Source: Octopus sinensis
Taxonomy: Eukaryota
Assembly: GCF_006345805.1 (NCBI RefSeq)
Contig: NC_043004.1
Location: 29,016,001 to 29,080,000, forward strand
Reading direction: 5' to 3'
Length of the DNA: 64,000 nucleotides
The translations under genes were made by a program, and so were the position numbers. This document shows, in pieces, positions 12,790 to 23,560 of the stretch (positions are counted from its first letter, which is position 1; the number at the start of each line of letters is the position of its first letter). The notes under the pieces were generated by a model. It did not search any database. It saw nothing but the letters and a program-made list of their open reading frames with translations, and was not told the origin of the DNA.

Positions 12790-13324
12790 TAGAGAGACAG
12801 TGAGAGAGAGGAGTAGTCAGGCAATTTGTTTATATGTACATACTTGTACGCATACACACAAACATTCTCTGAATACGAAACTAAAAATAAACGGCATTTA
12901 CCAACAATGAATGATGATCATACTGCGAATCTGCAAACTTTGACCCGTGAAAATCGAATCCCGGAGAAGTAGAATTGTGTTGTCGCATAATTTGTGTCGC
13001 GCCTTTTCATATATAAGCAGAAATAGAACTGGGTTATTGTCGGCCATTTGATTGTCTGAATGCTGAATAACTAGGAAGACATGTAACTGGTAATGAAACG
13101 TGTTGTGCACTGGCTGATGCACCAACATTTCGAAACCCAAACATAGTCTTCTCGATGGTTTCAATCATCGTCGTTGCGAGTTACAAAAATGTTCAGTAAC
13201 AGCGTGTCTGGTTAAGGTTACCCGCCGTGTTTCAGACGGTGAGAGCTACATGATTGGGGCTCGACCGTTTTTCAGCCATATTTTATGTTTTACTGATATA
13301 CAGCAGCAAAGTAATTGTCACAGA

Positions 13325-13480
13325 CAGTTTTATGTGCGATTACAGAGTTGTTTAATTTTGTTACATTTATCATATATAAAGTCTTATGTCTGAGCGTTCT
13401 AATTTAACTGTAAATGCTCAGATTATGTATAAGAATGTGTTGCTGGGAACGCTTCTATCATAATTTGCAGACACACACAC
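13325..13480 (+). repeat. About 160-bp diverged direct repeat, copy 2
   Basis: Aligns by eye with 11130-11290. Confidence 0.85.
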
Positions 13481-13965
13481 GCACACACATTCACACACGT
13501 ATACATACAAACGTACATACATACATACACACATATATGTATATGTACATACACATACACAAAGTACACACTTGTATATCATGCTTTGCTTTGCACAACG
13601 TTGTTGTTCTTTGGAAGGGTCATTTTGCCAATAAAAACACATGCACTGGGGTTTCCTTTTGTTTTCTTTTTTTGACTATTATCAGATAAGTTGTTGACTA
13701 ATTAGATAGTCAATCAGCTAGATCTATGGTGTCTCTACCAGCGCGTAGTTATTAATGAAGTACTGTTATTTACTGCAATTTTGTTATAAATTAATTTCTC
13801 TGTATTTTTTTTCTCTCAGTATTTCTATCTCTTTGCATTCGGATTGTGTCAGCTGCTTGAATTAGAATGGTTATGTTATGCGTGAATTTTTTGTTGCAAG
13901 GTTAGCAGTTTCGCTCTGTGAGTGCTAACGTATATGTTTATTCAAGTGTACAAGTAAGTAATTAA

Positions 13966-13996
<31 letters not shown>

Positions 13997-14340
13997 TGTA
14001 TGTATGTATGTATGTATGTACGTACGTACGTATGTATGTATGTATGTATGTATGTATGTATGTATGTATGTATGTATGTATGTGTGGATGAATGGATGGA
14101 TGAGGGAGTAAATCCTATACAGAATAAAGAAGGTTTAGAGAACTTTCGGGAATCTGGAAAGTAGGCTTTGGTCACTACATAGTATTTGATTAAGCAGTAA
14201 GTTATCACTCCACAAAACTGGTGTACTCAACGCTGTTTGAGACATATGCTACATTTGGTGTGCACAACACATACCCTGGTGAAGTTCTAAGCATTGAGAC
14301 CATCATCGTTCGAAGGTGGAGCGGACATCTTGTTAAAATC

Positions 14341-14726
14341 AGGAGTGGCTAGTGGTAAGTAACTTGCTTACCAACCACATGGTTCCAGGTTCTTTCCCAC
14401 TGCGTGGCACCTTAGGCAGGTGTCTTCTACTATAGCCTCGTGCCGACCAAATCCTTGTGTGTGGATTTGGTAGACGGAAACTGAAAGAAGCCCGTCGTAT
14501 TTATGTATATGTGTGTGTGTGTGTGTATATGTTTGTGTGTCTGTGTTTGTCCCCCAATATCGCTTGACAACCGATGGTGGTGTGTTTACATCTCGGTTTG
14601 GCAAAAGAGACCGATAGAATAAGTACTAAGCTTACAAAAATAAGTCGTGGGATCGAATTGTTCGACTAAAGGTGGTGTCTAGCATGGCCGAGTCAAATGA
14701 CTGAAACAAGTAAAAGAGTAAAAGAG
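14341..14726 (+). mobile_element. Full-length SINE family B
   Basis: AGGAGTGGCT head, TGCGTGGCACCTT, GTAGACGGAAACTGAAAGAAGCCCGTCG, tail GTAAAAGAGTAAAAGAG. Confidence 0.9.
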
Positions 14727-14789
14727 TAATACCAAATTCCAAAGCAACTGTTTTATGGGGAATTGAAAAACAAAGAGGAAATCCTTCAT

Positions 14790-15185
14790 CATAAGATGAA
14801 CTTGAAGAAATGTACTATTTCTTTTGTGAACTGGGAGGAAGACGCTGCTGGTTGAGCATAGCAGTGAAGCACAATCTTTGATGGTTGCATTATTTGTGGG
14901 GGAAAGAACTTAGGATGCGTCATACAAAAAGCAATTCGGAAGAGGAAGCAAACTCTAACATCAAAGCTGCGGACAAACGTAGTCAATGTGAAATATTTGG
15001 AAAAATCAGTAATTTTCTTGCTAGTTTCAAGAGCCACATGAAAGGCCATCACGATATGAAGCAGCTACAGTATATCTCGTAAATGATGAAATCAAGAGTT
15101 GGCATGAACAGTCATTTGCAAAGTCATGAAAACAACGAAGCTCAAGAAGAAATTCCAAGATGTCATACTCAAGGACGAGTTGACA

Positions 15186-15190
<5 letters not shown>
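14790..15190 (+). mobile_element. RTE-like LINE 3' fragment (pseudogenised) with (TATG)n tail
   Basis: KMNLKKCTISFVNWEEDAAG*A*Q*STIFDG resembles the RTE ORF2 C-terminus; C2H2-like QCEIFGK..FKSHMKGH and GMNSHLQSH; (TATG)n follows at 15192-15235. Confidence 0.65.
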
Positions 15191-15220
<30 letters not shown>

Positions 15221-15251
15221 TGTATGTATGTATGTATTAATATTATTATTA

Positions 15252-15410
15252 AGAAGGCAAACTGGTAGAATCGTAAGCTTGCCGAGTGCAATGCTTAGCG
15301 AAAGTCTTTGTCTTTCATTCTTTCGGAGTCGATAAAATAAGTACCAGTTGAACACTGGAGTCGATGTAATGGACTTATCCCCGCCCCCAAAATCTCGGGT
15401 TTTGAGAGAT
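15252..15410 (+). mobile_element. SINE family A copy with internal deletion
   Basis: CTGGTAGAATCGTAAGC head; GAGTCGATAAAATAAGTACCAGTTGAACACTGGAGTCGATGTAAT 3' domain. Confidence 0.8.
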
Positions 15411-15858
15411 TATTCTTTGATGAAAACTCTCAGCTTATTTTGTTGAGTTTGATAGAAAGTGTCAGCTGTCCACAGCCAGCAGACTAAGGTGACACTTGTT
15501 TACTGGTTATGCTTCAAGAACGTTGCGAAGAATTCTTGCAGTTCCAATCAATGCTGATTTTTGTAGTCGTTCTATCTTTACATTTGTACCAATCTTTGTT
15601 GAGTTCTGGTATTCCCAAGTGCGCCAATTACTATTGGTATCTCGTCTACTCTCCTCATTGACCACAACCTTTGTATTTCTCATTTCAAATTGCCATAGTT
15701 TTTTTTATTTCTTCTTCTTCTTCTTCTTCTTCTTCTTCTTCTTCTTCTTCTTCTTCTTCTTCTTCTTCTTCTTCTTCTTCTTCTTCTTCTTCTTCTTCTT
15801 CTTCTTCTTCTTCTTCTTCTTTCTCCTTGATCCTATTATCACCGGGAAAGCTATGCAG
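15410..15858 (-). mobile_element. R4/Dong-type (RLE) LINE 3' fragment, element B, containing an expanded (GAA)n tract
   Basis: With frameshifts reads IAFPGDNRIKEK(E)n..YGNLK*EIQRLWSMRRVDEIPIVIGALG..KIERLQKSALIGTARILRNVLEA* (stop at 15507-15509). Confidence 0.8.
15709..15820. repeat. (TTC)n, about 37 units
   Basis: Perfect array inside element B. Confidence 0.95.
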
Positions 15859-15913
<55 letters not shown>

Positions 15914-16902
15914 TATGTTTGACTTTTGCTTTATATTTGTACAAGTTGGCTCCAAGTCTCACCCAGAGACCTCAAGAGACAACAGGGTTGGAAGTTCATG
16001 TTGTTGTTATGCCTAGTGTGCCATATATTTGGGGGGTGGGGATGTTGTACTAATGAATGTCTAAAAAAAAAAAAGTTTTTTTTTTTTTTTTTTTAAACCG
16101 AAAATTATGTTTGTTTTAAACCTTGAAATTACATAGAGAGTATTTTGCGTAGGATATGAGCAGTTCCCATGAGCACTATCTTTTGAACTTCTGCCATTTT
16201 TGGGTTTCCTGGTATCTGAGTTAGGTAGCTATCAGCCCCTTTTGCTATCATTCCCAGGGCACCTATGACAACAGGTATTGTTTTAGTCTTCAGCTTCCAC
16301 ATTTTGCTGATTTCTATTTCAAGATCTTTATATTTGCTCAGTTTTTGGTAGGTCTTGACAGATACGTTTATATCGATTGGGACAGTCATATCAATGAGGA
16401 GGCATGTTCTTTGTTTGAAGTCTTTCAATTTGATGTCTGGCCTATTTGCATCTATCTTCCTGTCAGTTTGAATGGTGAAGTTCCAGAGGAGTGAGATGTG
16501 GTCATTTTCAAGCACTGGGGGTGGTTTGTGTTCCCACCAATTTTTTTCATGGGGCAAATCCAGGTTTTTACAGATTACCCAGTGAATATATTGTGCAGCT
16601 CTATCGTGCCTGTTGAGATACTCTGTAGGCGCTAGAAGACTGCACTTGGAGACAACATGGTCAATGGTTTCATTTTGTTGCTTGCATACACGACACGTTG
16701 GACTGCTTCTGATCTTTAATATGTTGGCCTGGTAGTTTCTTGTTGGTAGGCATTGATCTTGAGCTGCTATGATAAACCCTTCTGTTTCAGATTTTAAGCC
16801 AGAAGCCATTAGCCATTGATGGGTCAGGGCTTTGTCGATATCTGCATTATTCGCTCTCTTTGGGTATTTGCCATAGAGAGGTTTTTCTTGCCATTTATTA
16901 TT
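15859..16902 (-). mobile_element. 5'-truncated R4/Dong-type LINE, element A: intact C-terminal ORF, 3' UTR and (AAT)18 tail
   Basis: ORF 16129-16809 extends upstream as KWQEKPLYGKY; CCHC knuckle CRVCKQQNETIDHVVSKC, RHD, RPD..D..K endonuclease motif, VIGALG, GTAHILRK. Confidence 0.93.
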
Positions 16903-16922
16903 CAGATTATTATTATTTACAG

Positions 16923-17045
16923 CAGTTTGATTCGATTCCGCGGAACTTCAAGACTCGCAGGCCGCTAACGGGAGCCTTATTCCTTCAGCCTTCTGGAATG
17001 CCGGGGTTTGCGAAACTTGAAGTAACACGGAACCGAATCAAACTG
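16923..17045. repeat. 123-bp imperfect inverted repeat (MITE-like or hairpin)
   Basis: 5' CAGTTTGATTCGATTCCGCGGAACTTCAAGACTCGCA pairs with 3' TGCGAAACTTGAAGTAACACGGAACCGAATCAAACTG, about 37-bp arms with about 6 mismatches. Confidence 0.8.
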
Positions 17046-17129
17046 TTTTCAATAATATATGTAACTCCTATTAAATGTGTTGAGTGCCCTTCTCTTTCGG
17101 TTGTCCACTTACTCGTATAAATACATATA

Positions 17130-17440
17130 TAAATCTCTCGAAAGAGCTGTTCTTCACTCCTGCTCCAGAGCGTCGGCTGCGGGGGTCATTCCGAAAAGCT
17201 CTACCTGCGACGATTTCATCTCAATCGAAGGAGAGGAGCTTTCTCCGTCCGGGTTGCGGATCCGTGGAACAAGCTGCCAGACGAGATGGTGAAGATGCCG
17301 ACGACCGCTTTGTTCAAAGTCTTCCTTGACCTCAAGTGGCCTGAACTCTTTACATGAACACCACCCTGTACTTAACTCCATGCCCCCTACATGGCCTTGC
17401 TATTTGCTTTTGAGCCAAATTAACTAACTAACTAACTAAC
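17130..17440 (+). mobile_element. CR1-clade LINE 3' end with (AACT)n tail
   Basis: ELFFTPAPERRLRGHSEKLYLRRFHLNRRRGAFSVRVADPWNKLPDEMVKMPTTALFKVFLD (one frameshift) matches the CR1 ORF2 C-terminal pattern. Confidence 0.85.
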
Positions 17441-17543
17441 ATAAATGTGTGTGTGTGCATGTGTGTTTGCGCGTGTGTGTATACAGAGAGAGAAAGAGAG
17501 AGAGAAAAGGAAAGAGAAAGCGAGAAAGAGAGAGAGAGACACA

Positions 17544-17640
17544 GGCATGGCTGTGGTTAAAAAGCTCGCGTTGTAACCACACGCGTCGGGTCCAGTCCTA
17601 ATGTCCATTATCTTAGACAAGTGACTTCTACTTTAGACTG
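17544..17640 (+). mobile_element. SINE family B head only
   Basis: AGGCATGGCTGTGGTTAA..GGGTCCAGTCC..CAAGTGACTTCTACT. Confidence 0.65.
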
Positions 17641-17782
17641 TGGATGGGAAGACTTGAGGGTATATCAGCCGAAACATTGTGTTAATAATAAACAAGATGA
17701 GGACAAATATCCGTCAAATGTAAATAATGTAAATAATGTAAATAATGTACATAATTCCTCATCTCTTAAATATAGAACTGTA
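17641..17782 (+). mobile_element. Repeat with degenerate hammerhead-like motif and (TGTAAATAA)n minirepeat
   Basis: ..GAGGGTATATCAGCC-GAAAC at 17656-17675; TGTAAATAA three times; 5' core and stem II arm are decayed. Confidence 0.4.
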
Positions 17783-17829
17783 TGTATATAAGTTTGTAGA
17801 TATGTATCTTTGTGTTTGGTTTGTGTTTC

Positions 17830-18060
17830 ATGAGTCGCATGGGAGAACATGATATGAAGCAGGTGCAATATCTCGAGAAAATTATTTTAAAGTGAAATAT
17901 ATGTGACAAAGTGAAGCTGAAAGCTTGCATGAAGAGTCATTTATGAAGTCATACAAGGAAAGAGGCTAAAGAAGAAATTCCAAGACGTCGAGAACTAGTT
18001 GACAACTAATATGTATGTATGCATGCATGTAAGTACTATGTATGTATCTATTTATCTATG
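17830..18060 (+). mobile_element. Second RTE-like 3' end with (ATGT)n tail
   Basis: MSRMGEHDMKQVQYLEKIILK*NICDKVKLKACMKSHL*SHTRKEAKEEIPRRRELVDN* is homologous to 15040-15190. Confidence 0.65.
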
Positions 18061-18104
18061 TATAATATATATATACATATAAACATATATACATCACCGA
18101 AACA

Positions 18105-18900
18105 GAAAACTTGGCAAGGATTCCCCCGTATCGCATCACTCCGCTCAAATGGTCATTCGCTACAGCTGTCTGTGTTCGGACTGTCTTTGCACAGAGGTCA
18201 CCCAGACTCTCGCCTCCACCGTGAACAAAAATTAGCTTTCTTTCTTCATTCATTTGCTCCTTATGGTCTTAATTTGTCACTTCTCTTCATCTAAAACCAG
18301 CCCTACATACACTTACAAACATCTCCCACCTTTAACTGCCTCTCCTCCTCCACCCACGCATCTGTGCACTGCCTAACGCAGTACCCCCACCACACACACA
18401 CCATTATATAAACACCCATACAGTGTTCAACTCAGTATCGACACTACACACCAGTCACACACTCACATGCACATATAATCACACTTACCTTCCCATTCCA
18501 AACACACTGGCACCCAATAACTTTCAGCTCTTAATTCTCTCACTCCCATCCCGCCTCGCACACAATATTCACTCATAAAAACACACACAATATATACGCA
18601 CACAACACGCAGAAACATAGGCAATATACACACGCACACAACATACACAATCACATACAACTTTTGCGCATAAACATATATACACAATATACATGCACAC
18701 TATAGGTACACATTCACACTTCCTGCACACACATACAGACACACAAACACAGACGCACACATACGTTCACACACACACACACACTACTCGAACAAGTACA
18801 CATCCGAGCCGTTTGAGTAGTCACCACTGACAATGTATATGGTATAGACGAAACTAGGCCTAGTCTGGTTGATCCCCGAGACGGTCATGAAGCGGTTACC
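18105..18900 (+). mobile_element. Penelope-like element 3' fragment (GIY-YIG C-terminus and decayed terminal repeat)
   Basis: FPVSHH/RSNGHSLQLSVFGLSLHRGHPDSRLHREQKLAFFLHSFAPYGLN matches the PLE GIY-YIG pattern HF..GHS..REQ..I..L....P.GLN; CTGACAA..GAAAC remnant at 18827-18854. Confidence 0.7.
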
Positions 18901-19039
18901 TTCCTTGTCAGTATATGTCTATATTTGCGCTCTTACAACATTAAGAGTATTTTAACTCTTATTTCTAGCACTGCAGGTCCTTCGGCACCCTTAGTCATAT
19001 TTAGTGACGATTGAACTTTTTCTTTATGGTATGACATTG

Positions 19040-19338
19040 CACCTGGCTTGTGGTAATAAACTTGCTTCCCAATCACATGGTTCTGGGTTCAGTCCCACGA
19101 TGTGATATCTTGGGAAAGTATCTCATGCTATAGCCTCGGGCCGACCAAAGCCATGTGATGGACTTAGTAGATGGAAACTGAAACAAGTTCGTCGTATATA
19201 TATATATATATCGGTTCGACAAAAAAGACCGATAGAATAAGTACTAGGCTTACATAGAATAATTCCTGGGATTGATTTATTCGATCAAAGGCGATGCTCC
19301 AGTATGGGCACAGTCAGATGAGTGAAACAAGTAAAAGA
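19040..19338 (+). mobile_element. SINE family B copy with central deletion
   Basis: GGGTTCAGTCCCAC B box, CTATAGCCTCGGGCCGACCAAAGCC, tail AGTAAAAGA. Confidence 0.85.
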
Positions 19339-19392
19339 ATATATACTTACATACAAAGAGTGAGTGAGTAAGTGTGTGTGTGTGTGTGTGAA

Positions 19393-19440
<48 letters not shown>

Positions 19441-19464
19441 AGAATATATATATATATATATATA

Positions 19465-19495
<31 letters not shown>

Positions 19496-19534
19496 GAAGA
19501 GAGAGAGAGAGTCGTAGGCTTCGGCGTGGGGTTT

Positions 19535-19673
19535 AGAAGCTCGAATAGCAACCACATCTTTCGGGGTTCTGTACCATTGCGTGGCAATTCGGGCAAGTAT
19601 CTTCTACTATGGCCTCAGGTTGACTAATACTTTGTGAGTAAATTTGGCAGACGCAAACTGTGTGGACGGCTGT

Positions 19674-19721
<48 letters not shown>
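19535..19721 (+). mobile_element. SINE family B 5' half ending in (GT)n
   Basis: CCACATCTTTCGGGGTTCTGTACCATTGCGTGGCAA..TCTTCTACTATGGCCTC. Confidence 0.7.
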
Positions 19722-19723
<2 letters not shown>

Positions 19724-19957
19724 GATAATAAGGAAAATGAAGAATTTGAACATTCAAACTTTATTTATAGTTGGTTTATTCATAATAATTGTTCGACCCG
19801 TGTTTCGATCGTATTAATTGCATATTTATATGCATATTTACAATGAAAACAATATGTAATTAATGTGATTGAAAGGTATGTCGGACATTTATTATGAATA
19901 AATCATCTGTAAATAAAGTTTGAATGTACAAATTCTTTATTCTCCTTATTATCAATG

Positions 19958-20539
19958 TTCTTTACTACTGTAGGCACAAGGTCCAGAGTTTTTGGTGAAG
20001 GTGCCAGTCAATTAAATCGACGCCAGTATGCAACTGGTACTTAATTTATCGACCCCGAAAGAATGAAAGACAAACTCGACCTCGTCGGAATTTGGACTCA
20101 GAACGTATAGACAGACGAAATACCAATTTCTTTACTACCCACATGGGGCTAAACACAGAGGGGACAAACAAGGACAGACAAAGGGATTAAGTCGATTATA
20201 TCGACCCCAGTGCGTAACTGGTACTCATTTAATCGACCCCGAAAGGATGAAAGGCAAAGTCGACCTCGGCGGAATTTGAACTCAGAACGTAGCGACAGAC
20301 GAAATACCTATTTCTTTACTACCCACAAGGGGCTAAACACAGAGAGGGCAAACAAGGACAGACAAACGGATTAAGTCGATTATATCGACCCCAGTGCGTA
20401 ACTGGTACTCATTTAATCGACCCCGAAAGGATGAAAGGCAAAGTCGACCTTGGCGGAATTTGAACTCAGAACGTAACGGCAGACGAAATACGGGTACGCA
20501 TTTTGCCCGGCGTGCTAACGTTTCTGCCAGCTCACCGCC
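19958..20539 (-). mobile_element. Tandem trimer of SINE family A
   Basis: One complete copy (20311-20539) followed by two headless bodies (20127-20310 and 19958-20126), each ending GTAGTAAAGAA; period about 184 bp. Confidence 0.9.
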
Positions 20540-20709
20540 TTCTTTATTATCATTATTGTACTTTACACTCTAAGTAGCCAGGAAAAACTGTAACATTGGA
20601 TGAGAGTTAAATGAAATTTACCGTAAAACGCACCATCTGTAGAAAGTAGCCTTGGCACTTTAGAGAAATTTGGTATCTGCCTGGATATTATATTCCTCCT
20701 CTTACTATA

Positions 20710-20760
<51 letters not shown>

Positions 20761-22208
20761 TTTATTCATATGCCTGTGTCTTTGTGTTTGTCTTCACACT
20801 TTGACAACCGATGCTGGTTTCTTTATATCCTCGTAATTTAACTGCCAAATTCCACTCCCAATTCATTGGATAATTTCTTTTTATAGTAGAACACACTTAC
20901 CAAGGTGCTATACAAATGGGTTACCCACGGAAATCTGCGGTTCATAAGTGAATTTCTTAACCACACAACCGTGCCGGCTTAGATCAAGGATTAATTATCC
21001 ACATTTATCAAGTAGTTTGCTTTAGTACACATAATATTGTTTAGAATATTTCTTAATATTAAAATATCAGTTGTATAAGCTATTATCTACCAAAATATTG
21101 ATACGAATGATTTAGTGTAAAATTTTCGAGATAATTCATGATATACAATTATAATATGGGAACCTATGGTTTAGTTTATTTAAATTTTACGATATTGTTG
21201 AACGGAACGTTTTTTTTTTATATCAACTATATCCGAATTGATTGATTATTTCGTAAATTCAAAGATATATATTAAAATACTAGCAAATGATTAAAAGGAG
21301 AAATAATTATTTTATAAGTTATATTCGTGTAGAGTCATATTAACATATTTGAATACATTCAAAGGTAAGAAGACCCTCCGCTGCGGAAATTGTCCAGAGA
21401 AAAATTCTCCTCCTAGACAAGTGTGAAAACACATACTGACTGTGAATGACCTCAATGGATCGTAAGATGTATACATTACTGCGTTCTTTCTCATCAACTA
21501 CGAACATGAAATCTATTTTAAAACACTTCCAGAATGTTATTTCATCAATTTATTTATTTAAATCTCATTTATTTACTGGCGTCTGTTATAAAGGGAAACG
21601 TAATATGTAAACCTTAATCTAAAAATCCCTATTTTCTAGTAGCTAGTGGATATAAATTTTTCAATGTTTGTGAATATTGCGAACCTCACGCGTGCGAGTA
21701 ATCGAAATTTCACACTGATACACAAATAGTGTGTGTGTGTGTGAGAGAGAGAGGGGGGGGATAAGACTGATGTTGTAAAAGAACAGAAAAATAAGAGAGG
21801 AAGGAATAGTTTCCCAGTGGAGATTTATTGAGCATACGACACTGTGTCATGTATTCAGATGATAAGAGCAGGCAACGTATTACGTAAAGCGAAGAAAAAA
21901 ACGATGGTATTTACTAGTTTCCAATGTTTTACAAGGTATATCATGGTAACGATGTCATTTCGCTATTAGATATATATTAAAGAATTTAAAACAAACTTCA
22001 GAGCCAACAAAGTTGGTAGTGTACGTCCATTAGTAACTGTGACGCGTTGTAAACCATAAATTTAGATTACACACGCACACACACACAAGAATGGCTGGTG
22101 ACATAGAGTAAAACTTAGGCTTCAGATATACGAGAGCAAAGGCATTTCCCCTTGCATCGTTAAGGACTTTGCCAAAAGCAGTTACGCGATTCTCTCTTTT
22201 ATAATAAA

Positions 22209-23285
22209 CTAGCAGAAATACCCGGCGTTGCCCGGGGTTAAACAAAATAATGAAATTCAAAAATGCCTTTTAGATTTTTAACATGAAGCTTAGACTACGT
22301 AGGTCTTATCTTCTAGTAGCTGAAATACCAACTTTATACGTTAATAACCCGGCGTTTACCAGGTTATTGAAAAAAGGCCTTTTAATTCTCTAAGTAAAAT
22401 GAAACATGGATTATGCAGTTCTTAACAGTAATTAGCTGAGGTACAAACTATTAATGTCAATAACATGTTTTATCCGATGATCTCATTATCATAATTGTTT
22501 TAAAAAACTGGTAGTTCCTTGTTTTTGCAACCACCTTCAATTGTCTGTACTTATTTGAAACACGTTGAACCTGAAAATGAACTGGCTTGCGGGTGCTCCC
22601 TCTAGTTAATAAAAACATTTAACAAAAATTCTATGAGATGACGTGAGTATAAACAAATGTGTTGAAACAAATCCGGAAATCAATCACAGTTTAATTTTCC
22701 AGAGATTATAAATATACGATGTCTTGAGAGTGTCCTTTAATTGGTGTATAAATGAAAAGATTTTCGGGACTTCCAACTCGCAAGCACCCTACATATAATT
22801 GCCCATGAGAGAAGCAAGGTGAAGTCCAACAACCTTGAGATCTATTTATTGACATAGCGAAACTTAGTTTCACTGGGAACTGGAACCGTTTAAATTCAAA
22901 GGGGAGGTCATATGGGATTAACGGAATCTGTGGAAGGAAAACATCCTCACCCTTATAGTTCCCAGTCATAATTGTTGCCTCTAGGACATGGGATCGCATC
23001 GCTTTCACCGCCAGTCTGGTGTCATTGCACTGACGAGGTGGATTCAGATTCCTGAGCAGCATGATTGAGGCCCCCTTTTTAACTGATCAATGACAGTGTC
23101 GAGGCTTTTGAAAGACTGTTCTCGTCCGAGCAACAGCTGCAAGAGATCCCAGCTGATTTTGTTGACTGCATCATTAGGTGGAGCTAAGATGGCTCGCTCA
23201 CAGTGCCATTGACTGTTGCTAAATTTTTGCGCAATGTTTGGGAGCACATGCTTTGAGATCATTGACAGTTGATACCATCTCATCA
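22209..23285 (-). mobile_element. Helitron 3' half: PIF1-type helicase pseudogene plus canonical 3' terminus
   Basis: ERAILAPPNDAVN, LLRNLNPP..CNDTRL, FPVKLSFAMSINRSQG, CFSHGQLYVGCLRV; minus-strand hairpin CCCGG..CCGGG (22221-22236) about 8 nt before terminal CTAG followed by T. Confidence 0.9.
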
Positions 23286-23329
23286 CAGGCTTTCTGACCC
23301 CACCCCGACTTTGGATGATGATAACTTTC

Positions 23330-23560
23330 AGAAAAATGGATAAATTTTAATGAAATTTTCTACGAATGTGTTATATCATGTAGATTCTGAATATACAAAA
23401 TTTGAGGGGTAAAGTGTTTCAGGGGAGGATTTTCGAAAAATTCACCGGAGTCCACTTCAATTCGTCTTAACTCACAGGGAAATGGATATTTTTTAATGTA
23501 ATTGTCTACAAATGTACCTTGGACTGTGTAGATTCCAAGCATATAATATTTTTGAGGAAA
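23330..23560. repeat. Two diverged units of about 140-bp period next to the Helitron
   Basis: AAATGGATA..TTTAATG.AATT.TCTAC.AATGT..TGTAGATTC..TTTGAGG occurs at about 23335 and 23480. Confidence 0.6.

Noticed and set aside
18483-18495. Strong minus-strand donors AAG|gtaagt at about 18488, 28365 and 63475
   Set aside because: They lie within or next to probable TE remnants and have no matching acceptor with an open frame
19958-20539. Regularly spaced direct repeats resembling a CRISPR array
   Set aside because: Units are about 184-bp SINE bodies with no unique spacers, in a eukaryotic context
20770-20958. SINE B body (plus) joined to SINE B head (minus), suggesting twin priming
   Set aside because: The inverted head lies downstream of the body, which is the wrong geometry; two converging partial copies explain it better
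21332-21363. Possible 32-nt plus-strand exon (tag|AGTC..AAAG|gtaaga)
   Set aside because: Isolated on the plus strand, weak pyrimidine tract, uninformative peptide
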